Of a stretch of DNA of 64,000 nt, positions 35,445 through 43,710 are shown in pieces. Made by a program: the position numbers and the translations under genes. How positions within the stretch are numbered: position 1 is the first letter of the stretch; each line of letters opens with the position of its first letter. A model generated the notes under the pieces. It was not told where the DNA came from and ran no database searches. It worked only from the letters and a program-made list of their open reading frames with translations. This DNA comes from Endomicrobiia bacterium (GTDB lineage: Bacteria; Elusimicrobiota; Endomicrobiia; DTEH01), in contig JBCNUU010000001.1 of NCBI GenBank assembly GCA_039630545.1, positions 96,001 through 160,000 of the forward strand, given 5' to 3'.

Positions 35445-36551
35445 ATGGAAATGGCAAAGGTAGAAATAAAAAATCTTAAAAAAAACTTTGGTAACAATTC
35501 TGTATTAAAAGATATTAATCTCACAATAGAAGATAAAGAATTCTGTGTTTTGCTGGGTCCTTCTGGTTGTGGAAAGACTACTTTGTTGAGAATAATAGCA
35601 GGATTAGAAGAACCTACTGAGGGAGAAGTATGGATAGGAGAAAAAAATGTAACTGATTTTGAGCCAAAAGATAGAGATATTGCTATGGTTTTTCAAAACT
35701 ACGCTTTGTATCCTCATATGAGTGTTTATGACAATATGTCCTTTGGTTTAAAAATTAAAGGATACTTAAAAGAAGAAATAGACCAGAGAGTCAATTCTGC
35801 AGCAGAAATTCTTGGAATAAAGAATTTTCTTACTCGTCTACCAAAGGCCTTATCAGGTGGACAAAGACAACGTGTTGCTGTAGGAAGAGCTATAGTAAGA
35901 AAGCCAAAGGTATTTTTGTTCGACGAACCACTTTCAAACTTAGATGCAAAACTTAGAGTTGAGATGCGTGCAGAACTTAAGAAGCTTCATGAGCGACTTC
36001 AGGCTACTATCATTTATGTGACTCACGATCAAGTTGAAGCAATGACATTAGGTGACAAAATTGTGGTCATGAAAGATGGAATTATTCAACAAATAGGTAG
36101 TCCTCTTGAGATTTACAATAAACCTGCCAATAAGTTTGTAGCAGGTTTTATAGGTTCTCCTCCAATGAATTTTATAAGCGGCAAAATAATAAAAAAAGAC
36201 AACAGTTTATATTTTGACGAAGGAAGTTTTAGTATAAAAATTCCAGAAGATATGGAGAATAGTTTATATAACTATATAGAAAAAGAAGTAATTTTAGGGA
36301 TAAGACCTGAAGATATATATGATAGAATTTATTCACCAACAGGCGAAATAGAAAATGTGATAGTTGCTACAGTAAATATAGTTGAGTTGTTAGGAAATGT
36401 TAAACATCTTCATCTTATTTCAGGAAACAGTAGTTTTGTGTGCATAGTTAAATCATCCAATCAAGCTGAAGAAGGACAGACAATAGAAGTAGTTTTTGAT
36501 GTATCTAAAATACACATTTTTGATAAAACTACAGAAGAAGCTATAGTATGA
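35445..36551 (+). CDS. Sugar ABC transporter ATPase (MalK/MsmX-like)
   Basis: GPSGCGKT, FQNYALYPHM, LSGGQRQR, DEPLSNLD; C-terminal TOBE-like region. Start may be 35451. Confidence 0.95.
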   Translation: MEMAKVEIKNLKKNFGNNSVLKDINLTIEDKEFCVLLGPSGCGKTTLLRIIAGLEEPTEGEVWIGEKNVTDFEPKDRDIAMVFQNYALYPHMSVYDNMSFGLKIKGYLKEEIDQRVNSAAEILGIKNFLTRLPKALSGGQRQRVAVGRAIVRKPKVFLFDEPLSNLDAKLRVEMRAELKKLHERLQATIIYVTHDQVEAMTLGDKIVVMKDGIIQQIGSPLEIYNKPANKFVAGFIGSPPMNFISGKIIKKDNSLYFDEGSFSIKIPEDMENSLYNYIEKEVILGIRPEDIYDRIYSPTGEIENVIVATVNIVELLGNVKHLHLISGNSSFVCIVKSSNQAEEGQTIEVVFDVSKIHIFDKTTEEAIV

Positions 36552-38152
36552 CAAACATTCTAGAAAAATTTAAAAAATTAAAACTTTTAGCCATTTTTAT
36601 ATTCAATGTCTTAATTGCTGGTTATATTAAACTCAAAAGTTTATATTCTTTCCCTCAACCTGTATGGGCGACTAAATCGTTTATTTTATTTGTGGAGATT
36701 TTTATTGTAGTGGTCTTTATAAGTGTGCTGCTTTTGATAATATTTCATTATTTAAGAAAGATTATTATATTTTTGCTTCATAAATATCAAGAAGGAGAAG
36801 AAAATGTTAATGAGATAAAGCACTTAATGGAAAAGATTTCAAAACAAACGAAATTTCTTAACGAAAAGCTTCAAGAAAATAATCTTCTTAATAAAGTAAT
36901 ATTTGAAATGAATCAAACTATGGAATTAGATAAAGTTTTGAAGATAATTTTAGAAAGTATCTGCAGCTATCTTAATTTTGATAGAGCGGTAATACTTATT
37001 TTAAATGAAAAAAACATGTGCTTAGAACCAGCATATGGAGAAAATATAGATAAAGAAAAACTACAGGAACTCTTTATATCTCTTAGAGATGATGATTTCT
37101 TTTTGGTAAAAATTTTATATAAAAACACTCCTTTAATAATAAAAAAAGTTCCAACAACTCAATACAGTTATTTTAAAGATATTACCAAGCAAAATACTTT
37201 GATTTGTGTCCCTTTGCAAGCAAAAAAGAAAACCGTAGGAATGCTTTTAGCTGACACATCTAAATCTCAAAGGCAACTTACAGAGAAAGATCTTCGTCTC
37301 CTTATAAATTTTTCGAATCAAGCTTCATTGGCAATAGAGAATGCGAAATTATTTGAAACAGAAAAAAAATTTAAAGAGAAGCTTCAAGAAGAAGTTGAGA
37401 TTGCCTTAAAAAAACTTCAAGAAGCTCAGAAACAACTTATTCAATCAGAAAAACTTGCTGCTTTAGGTGAAATGGCGGCAGTTGTGAGTCATGAAGTAAG
37501 AAATCCGTTATCCACCATCCTTATGTCTGCGCAGGTATTAGATGAAGAAGTAAAAGATGAAAAATACAGAAAATATATAAATTATATTATCTCTGAAGTA
37601 AAACGCTTAAATAAAGTGGTTTCAGAAATTTTGACTTTTTCACGACTTCCAAAACTGGAACTTAAGCTTTCAGATATGCATAAATTAATAGATGAAGTGA
37701 TAAGTTTTCTTGAAATAAGTGATTTTATAAAATATGACATTAAATGTTATAAAGAATATAAAGCAGAAATTTCAGAGATCATGGTGGATGTAGATCAGAT
37801 AAAACAGGTCCTGTTTAACATAATTCAAAATGCCTGCCATTTTATGTTAAACAAAAACATAAGAAATTTGCACATCACAACTGAAAATAAAAATGGATTA
37901 TTTGTTTTAAAAATAAAAGATACAGGTACAGGTATTCCACCTGAAAATTTAAACAAAATATTTGAACCATTTTTTACTACAAAAACAAAAGGAACAGGGT
38001 TAGGACTTACCATTTCTAAAAATATAATAGAGTCTCACAGAGGAAAAATAGAAGTGGAAAGTGTGCTTGGAGAAGGAACTACTTTTAATATTTTTTTACC
38101 TATAAAACTATCAGAAATAAAAAATGAAAAAAATTTTAATAGTGGAAGATGA
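36548..38152 (+). CDS. Membrane GAF-domain sensor histidine kinase
   Basis: Two N-terminal TM helices, GAF (SLAIENAKL), H-box SHEVRNPL, N/G boxes DTGTGI and KGTGLGL. Confidence 0.92.
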   Translation: MTNILEKFKKLKLLAIFIFNVLIAGYIKLKSLYSFPQPVWATKSFILFVEIFIVVVFISVLLLIIFHYLRKIIIFLLHKYQEGEENVNEIKHLMEKISKQTKFLNEKLQENNLLNKVIFEMNQTMELDKVLKIILESICSYLNFDRAVILILNEKNMCLEPAYGENIDKEKLQELFISLRDDDFFLVKILYKNTPLIIKKVPTTQYSYFKDITKQNTLICVPLQAKKKTVGMLLADTSKSQRQLTEKDLRLLINFSNQASLAIENAKLFETEKKFKEKLQEEVEIALKKLQEAQKQLIQSEKLAALGEMAAVVSHEVRNPLSTILMSAQVLDEEVKDEKYRKYINYIISEVKRLNKVVSEILTFSRLPKLELKLSDMHKLIDEVISFLEISDFIKYDIKCYKEYKAEISEIMVDVDQIKQVLFNIIQNACHFMLNKNIRNLHITTENKNGLFVLKIKDTGTGIPPENLNKIFEPFFTTKTKGTGLGLTISKNIIESHRGKIEVESVLGEGTTFNIFLPIKLSEIKNEKNFNSGR

Positions 38153-38483
38153 AGAATTACTTTTGGATGCTTTCAGCAGTGCGTTAAAAAAAAGGAATTA
38201 CGATGTTGTTGGTATCTCTAATGGTAAAGACGCCATAGATTATGTTAAAGACAACAGTGTTGATCTTATAATTTTAGATATAAAACTTCCCGATATGAGT
38301 GGTTTAGAGGTGTTAGAAAACATAAGAAAACTACTGCCAAATGTGCCTATAATAATGTGTACAGCATATGATAGTTTTAAAACCGATTATCAGATATGGG
38401 CAAACAAGGTTTCTGACTATGTTGTAAAACCTATTGTTTTAGAAGATATAGAAGAAAAAATCAGAAAAATTTTTAGTAAGTAA
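38124..38483 (+). CDS. Single-domain response regulator (receiver only)
   Basis: ILIVEDE, LDIKLPDMSG, TA and KP. Confidence 0.92.
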   Translation: MKKILIVEDEELLLDAFSSALKKRNYDVVGISNGKDAIDYVKDNSVDLIILDIKLPDMSGLEVLENIRKLLPNVPIIMCTAYDSFKTDYQIWANKVSDYVVKPIVLEDIEEKIRKIFSK

Positions 38484-38493
38484 TCAATTATGT

Positions 38494-39582
38494 ATGTTGA
38501 ATTTGTTTTTATTTATTGTAATAATCATTCAGATCGTAATATTTGCGTATTTTCTCTATCTAAATAAAAAAAATAAACAAGAAATAATTTCTTCCTTTAA
38601 AGAAAGTCTGGAAAATATATTAAAAATAACCGAGACACTTCGTAGTTCTCTTGACTTAGAAAAAATCTTTATAGAGATACTTAATATTTTTTCAAAAAAC
38701 TTTGGATATAAGAAGGTATTTATCTATTTGGTAGAAAAAACTCCAGATCATCTGGAATTCAAATGTATTGCGTGTCCTGGTCTTGTCTCAGTGGAAGGAA
38801 TTGGTATTTATAGTTTTATAATTGATGATGTAAAAAATCCGATTTTTCAGATAGTTGAGAATTATAATGAAATTGAGCTTACTTCTTACCTTTTGCCTCA
38901 ACTAAAAGAGAAACTTAAATTTACCGAAATGTTTTTGTTGCCTATAATATTAAAGGATACTTTAGAAGGTTTTATAATAACTGAAAAACCTATAAATTCT
39001 CAATTTATTTTTCCTTTAAGAATTTTTGCCAACGAATGTGGAGTAGCTTTAGAAAATGCAAGACTTTTTAAAAAAATTCAGGAGATGTCTATCACTGATG
39101 CCCTTACTGGAGTCTACAATAGAAGATATTTAGAAAAAAAACTTCCAGAAGAAATTGAGCTGGCAAAAAGATACAAAAGTTTTCTATCAATAGGTATTTT
39201 AGACATAGATGATTTTAAACATTACAATGATACCAATGGGCATCTTTTAGGGGATGAGTGTCTTAAAAAAGTTGCAGAGGTTGTTACTTCCACTTTAAGA
39301 AGTGGTGATATAGTGTTTAGATATGGGGGAGAAGAATTTATTGTAGTTTTACCTGCCACAGACAAATCTGGTGCTTTTATTGCCTGTGAGAAAATAAGAA
39401 AAAACATAGAAAGTTATCCATTTGAAAATAGAGATAAACAACCTTTAGGAAAAATTACAGTAAGTATTGGTATTTCTGTGTATCCTGTAGATGCTCAGGA
39501 GGAAACCTCACTTATAAAAATAGCAGACGAAAATCTTTATAGAGCAAAAAAATCGGGTAAAAACAGAGTTTGTTGTTTATAA
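38494..39582 (+). CDS. Diguanylate cyclase (GAF-like + GGDEF)
   Basis: DALTGVYNRR, DIDDFKHYND, RSGD I-site and GGEEF active site. Confidence 0.92.
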   Translation: MLNLFLFIVIIIQIVIFAYFLYLNKKNKQEIISSFKESLENILKITETLRSSLDLEKIFIEILNIFSKNFGYKKVFIYLVEKTPDHLEFKCIACPGLVSVEGIGIYSFIIDDVKNPIFQIVENYNEIELTSYLLPQLKEKLKFTEMFLLPIILKDTLEGFIITEKPINSQFIFPLRIFANECGVALENARLFKKIQEMSITDALTGVYNRRYLEKKLPEEIELAKRYKSFLSIGILDIDDFKHYNDTNGHLLGDECLKKVAEVVTSTLRSGDIVFRYGGEEFIVVLPATDKSGAFIACEKIRKNIESYPFENRDKQPLGKITVSIGISVYPVDAQEETSLIKIADENLYRAKKSGKNRVCCL

Positions 39583-39585
39583 TTT

Positions 39586-40659
39586 ATGAAAAAAGAAATA
39601 AAATTAAACATTAACCAGCAATTAAAGCCTTCAGTTTTGCCTTTTCTCAAAATTAAACTTACCGGTAAACTTTCTTTAAAAGAAGAAGAAGTTGTGTCTT
39701 TAATTAAACAAATAGAAGAAACAGATGATTTTCAGAAATTGTTAGAATTAAAGATAATAAAGCGCACTCCATTTCCATCATTTCATGTCTCTATAAAACC
39801 TTTATATGAATATAAAGAAGATTTGTTTGAGATATTATCTTTTTCACTGCCAGATATTAATAGTATTATTCAGCAAAATCCTGATGTTGTGGAAACTATA
39901 AGAAAAATTGGTGAGGAAAATTATAAAAAATTTTTTTTAGGTTACGAAAGTTACTCCTTTGAAGAGATTTCAAAATTTTTAGGAATTTCTTGTTTAGAGG
40001 TAAAAAAAATTTTTGAATTTACAAACAATATATTTATTCATACTGAAATAAAATTACCAGATGGTAGTTTAAAAAAAGAATTAGTCGCAAAAAAATATAC
40101 TAGAATAGCGAAGGTAGAACTTTCAGGAAATAATATTTTAATAACATATTTTAGCCCATTTATGTTTCGGGGTGTTTATGTTGTAGATTATGAGAAATTT
40201 AACAATTTTATAAAAGATCTTCCATCCTCAAAGAAAAAATACCTAAAACAGATAGTAAAAGAAATAGAGCTATTAGAGATAAAAAAAAGAACTTTTCACA
40301 GATTATTGGAAGAAATTCTTTTTATCCAGAAAGAATTTATTAAAACAGAAAAAGAAAACGACCTTAAAATCTGTACTCAAAAGGATTTAGCAACAAAAAT
40401 TGGTGTTTCTCCTTCTACAATTTGCAGGTTAATAAAAGAACGATCTATAATTTTGCCTTCAGATAGAGAATATCCTCTGAATTATTTTTTTGTTAACAAA
40501 AAAAGAATAGCCCTTATTTATATTTCTGAAATTTTAAAAAATAATAAGAATATAAAAGATAAAAAAATCAAAGAAATTCTTTTTGAAAAATTGAAAATTA
40601 AGTATTCTATTAGAAGCATAAATTATTATAGAAATCTTTTAAAAAATAGAAATGTATAA
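39586..40659 (+). CDS. Short, divergent sigma54 (RpoN)-like protein
   Basis: Q/L-rich region-I-like N-terminus; HTH QKDLATKIGVSPSTICRL...YPLNYFF; degenerate RpoN box SIRSINYYRN. Confidence 0.65.
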   Translation: MKKEIKLNINQQLKPSVLPFLKIKLTGKLSLKEEEVVSLIKQIEETDDFQKLLELKIIKRTPFPSFHVSIKPLYEYKEDLFEILSFSLPDINSIIQQNPDVVETIRKIGEENYKKFFLGYESYSFEEISKFLGISCLEVKKIFEFTNNIFIHTEIKLPDGSLKKELVAKKYTRIAKVELSGNNILITYFSPFMFRGVYVVDYEKFNNFIKDLPSSKKKYLKQIVKEIELLEIKKRTFHRLLEEILFIQKEFIKTEKENDLKICTQKDLATKIGVSPSTICRLIKERSIILPSDREYPLNYFFVNKKRIALIYISEILKNNKNIKDKKIKEILFEKLKIKYSIRSINYYRNLLKNRNV

Positions 40660-40730
40660 ATATCTGAATTTGAAAGAGTTGTTGAAATGTGGTTGAATTT
40701 ATTATTTTTATTTTATAATTATGTTTTTGT

Positions 40731-41294
40731 ATGGATATAAGCGATGAAAAATTATTGGTGGCGTTAGCACAAAAAGGTGACATAAAAGCTTTTGAAAAAC
40801 TTATAGAAAAATATCAAAAAGAAATTTATAATCTCGCCCTGTTTAAAACTCAAAATCCAACATTAGCAGAAGAAATAACTCAAGAGACAATTATCAGGAT
40901 ATATAGAAACATTCATAAATTTAAATTCAAAAGTTCTTTTTCCACCTGGATGTATAGAATTACTTATAATATTTTAAAAGACATCGTTAAAAAATTTAAA
41001 CCTCTTGCAGAAATATCAATAGAAGATGAAACTTCAGGATGTTTCTTTAAAGCAGATGATGAAGATGTTGAAGAAAAAATTAACAAGTTAGAAAAATCAA
41101 AAAAAATAAGACAGCTTATTTCAAAAATACCACATAAATTTCAGTTTGTTCTTATTCTTTATGATATAGAAGGAAAAACATATCAAGAAATAGCTGAGAT
41201 TCTTAAAATAAGAATTGGGACAGTAAAATCAAGACTTTTTAGAGCAAGAAAAATTTTAAAGGATCTAATAATAAAAGAAAAATTGGAACTATGA
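40731..41294 (+). CDS. ECF sigma-70 family sigma factor
   Basis: GDIKAFEKL, SSFSTWMYRI and YQEIAEIL...GTVKSRLFRAR. Confidence 0.93.
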   Translation: MDISDEKLLVALAQKGDIKAFEKLIEKYQKEIYNLALFKTQNPTLAEEITQETIIRIYRNIHKFKFKSSFSTWMYRITYNILKDIVKKFKPLAEISIEDETSGCFFKADDEDVEEKINKLEKSKKIRQLISKIPHKFQFVLILYDIEGKTYQEIAEILKIRIGTVKSRLFRARKILKDLIIKEKLEL

Positions 41295-42862
41295 GGTTTT
41301 TAATTTTAATTTTTTTATTAGTTGACTTAGTTTTTTGTCAAGAAGAATTTAACCAACAAAATATCGAAGAAATAAAAAAACTTATAAAAACTGGCAACTA
41401 TCAAGAAAGTTTGCAGAAACTTTTAGAATATGAAGTATTCATTTCAAGTTTTCCAGAGATTGGATATTATTTGGGGATATGTTATTTCCGATTAAAAGAT
41501 TATTTAAACGCTGAGAAGTTTTTTGAATTAAGTTTTAATTTTAACTACAATACACACCAGCTTTACTATAATCTTGGGATGACAAAATATAAACTTAAAA
41601 AATATAAAGAAACTATTGAATGGTTAAAAAAAATAGAAAATGTTATAGAGTTTGAACCCAAAAGTTTATATGTGATTTTAGCCTGTTTTTTAAAATTAAA
41701 TGATAAAGAAAAGGCTTTAGAAACCTTCAAAAAATTATTCTCTAAATATCCATATTCTGTTTATGTATTAAAATCTCAAACTTTGTTAGATAAATTAAAT
41801 ATTGACTATTCCAAAGTTTTAACGGATTCTGATTCTAAAAGAGTGTTTCATAGATTTTCAATAAATTTTAACTATGGTCAAGATAATAATATTTCATATG
41901 TGTCATCACAGGACTACTCTAGTATTAGTAGTTCTCATGTTGCTGATAATTTTTTTTCATATTATCTTTATGGTTCATTAGCTTTTAAAAAATTTTTTGG
42001 TTATTACAAATATTATAAAAAATCTCATTCAAATTATGTTAACTCTGATTATAATTTTTCCTTGCATTCTCTTTTCGGTAATATTAGAGTATATAGAAGT
42101 AAAAATTTTATTTTATCTTTAGGATGTAACGGCAACTACTATGAATATGAAAAACCCTATAGTTATTTTCTATCAGGAGATGTTAATTTGGAAATTTTAG
42201 ATGATAAGGATACATCATTGGAGATAGGTTATTCATATACATCTAATAACTACTTTGAAGGGAAAGAATATCTTGAGGGTGGCACTCATTTAATAGAAGT
42301 TGCTCTTAAAAATTTAGCTAAAACTAAATTTATTTTTACAAGCTCCTTTAAAAGAAAAGACACACTTTCAGAATATGTGGCTTCAGAATATAACTATTCT
42401 TATTACATAGTTGATGGAACATCAGTTTATATTAATCATGTATATACTCCGCTGCTAAGAAGTTATGCATATAACTCTTTTGATTTTGAAATTTTAATAA
42501 GTCGCTTTATTTCAGAGAATTTAAATCTGAATTTAAATCTCAGTTATGAGATTTTCGAATACTTCCCTTTATATGAACATTATGGAAAAATTAAAGATAT
42601 ATACGCCTACGATGTAGAAGATAATTTATGGTTTGTTTATACGGCTACTGGTTGGGAAGAAACCACTCAACCACCTCAGCTCGAAAAAATATATACTAAA
42701 AGAAAAGATAATTTATTTTCTTTATCTGCAGTTTTAAGTTTAGAGTTATTTGATAATGTAGAGCTAATTTTTACATATAATTATCTTCTTAATGAATCCT
42801 CTTTAGATGCTTATCAATGGACAAAGCAAATATATCAAGCCTCTTTAAAGATATCTTTTTAA
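41291..42862 (+). CDS. TPR plus outer-membrane beta-barrel protein
   Basis: Signal peptide, N-terminal TPRs, DNNI, Tyr-rich amphipathic strands, C-terminal Phe. Confidence 0.65.
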   Translation: MRFLILIFLLVDLVFCQEEFNQQNIEEIKKLIKTGNYQESLQKLLEYEVFISSFPEIGYYLGICYFRLKDYLNAEKFFELSFNFNYNTHQLYYNLGMTKYKLKKYKETIEWLKKIENVIEFEPKSLYVILACFLKLNDKEKALETFKKLFSKYPYSVYVLKSQTLLDKLNIDYSKVLTDSDSKRVFHRFSINFNYGQDNNISYVSSQDYSSISSSHVADNFFSYYLYGSLAFKKFFGYYKYYKKSHSNYVNSDYNFSLHSLFGNIRVYRSKNFILSLGCNGNYYEYEKPYSYFLSGDVNLEILDDKDTSLEIGYSYTSNNYFEGKEYLEGGTHLIEVALKNLAKTKFIFTSSFKRKDTLSEYVASEYNYSYYIVDGTSVYINHVYTPLLRSYAYNSFDFEILISRFISENLNLNLNLSYEIFEYFPLYEHYGKIKDIYAYDVEDNLWFVYTATGWEETTQPPQLEKIYTKRKDNLFSLSAVLSLELFDNVELIFTYNYLLNESSLDAYQWTKQIYQASLKISF

Positions 42863-42873
42863 AAAATTCTCTG

Positions 42874-42902
42874 GGAACATTTTTAGTTATTTTTATGTCT
42901 AA
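42874..42902 (+). promoter_or_regulatory. Putative ECF-sigma promoter
   Basis: GGAACA-N17-GTCTAA resembles the sigmaE/AlgU-type consensus (GAACTT-N16/17-TCTnA); lies upstream of the anti-sigma gene. Confidence 0.65.
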
Positions 42903-42925
42903 TAAAGTGAAAAAAGGAGAAAAAA

Positions 42926-43612
42926 ATGAAAAACTGTAAAAAAACAGAATATCTTATATGGAAAAAATTAGATGGAAGTATTCTAACCAATGAAGAAGCA
43001 CTTTTAGATAAACATCTTGAAATATGTGATAAATGTAGAAGTGAATATATTTTAAATTCAAAAATTAAGGAAAATTTAAAAGAAATAAAATATCAGGAAA
43101 TTCCTCCCTGGTTTAAAGATAAGCTTCATCAAAAATTAGTTGAAGTTTCAAATGTTTTAAATCATCAAGAGTTTATTAGAAAAGTGATTTATGAGAGTTT
43201 CTATAGATATGCGGTAGCATTAGGTTTAGTTTTAGTTGCAGTGGTTGGATTATTTTTTTATGTTTTTAAAAAACCATCTAATGTGATAATTTATTCTTCT
43301 TTACCTCAGTTAACTTCCAATTATGAAATAAGAAAGGAAATTCCTGTTGGAAAAGAGAGTTACTTGCGACTTAAAGTAACAAGTAAAAGGAACTTAAAAA
43401 ATGTAAAAATTCAAATATTGCTTCCTCCGGAAATTTCAGGAGAAAAAAAACCTAAAGTAGTAAACTGGGAAGGAGACTTAAATACTGGCGACAACTATAT
43501 TATTTTAAAAGTAAAAAGTATAAAAGAAGGACAATATCCCTTGGAGATCAAACTAAGAAAAAACTCTAGAGAAAAAAAGTTTATAAGAAATGTTAAAATT
43601 TCTCATATATAA
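42926..43612 (+). CDS. Zinc-binding anti-sigma factor (ZAS / zf-HC2) with TM helix and periplasmic beta domain
   Basis: HLEICDKC (HxxxCxxC), single TM helix. Confidence 0.85.
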   Translation: MKNCKKTEYLIWKKLDGSILTNEEALLDKHLEICDKCRSEYILNSKIKENLKEIKYQEIPPWFKDKLHQKLVEVSNVLNHQEFIRKVIYESFYRYAVALGLVLVAVVGLFFYVFKKPSNVIIYSSLPQLTSNYEIRKEIPVGKESYLRLKVTSKRNLKNVKIQILLPPEISGEKKPKVVNWEGDLNTGDNYIILKVKSIKEGQYPLEIKLRKNSREKKFIRNVKISHI

Positions 43613-43615
43613 CAC

Positions 43616-43688
43616 TTATCTTCTGCTTAAATCTAAATGGAGGAAAGGAGGTGGTTTGAAAGTTTACTCCATTTTAAGCAGAAGATAA
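43616..43688 (+). promoter_or_regulatory. Long hairpin with an SD-like sequence in the loop
   Basis: TTATCTTCTGCTTAAA(TCT)AAATGGAG pairs with CTCCATTTTAAGCAGAAGATAA; the loop contains AAAGGAGGTGG. Confidence 0.6.
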
Positions 43689-43710
43689 ACAAAAAGGAGG
43701 TAGTAAATAA

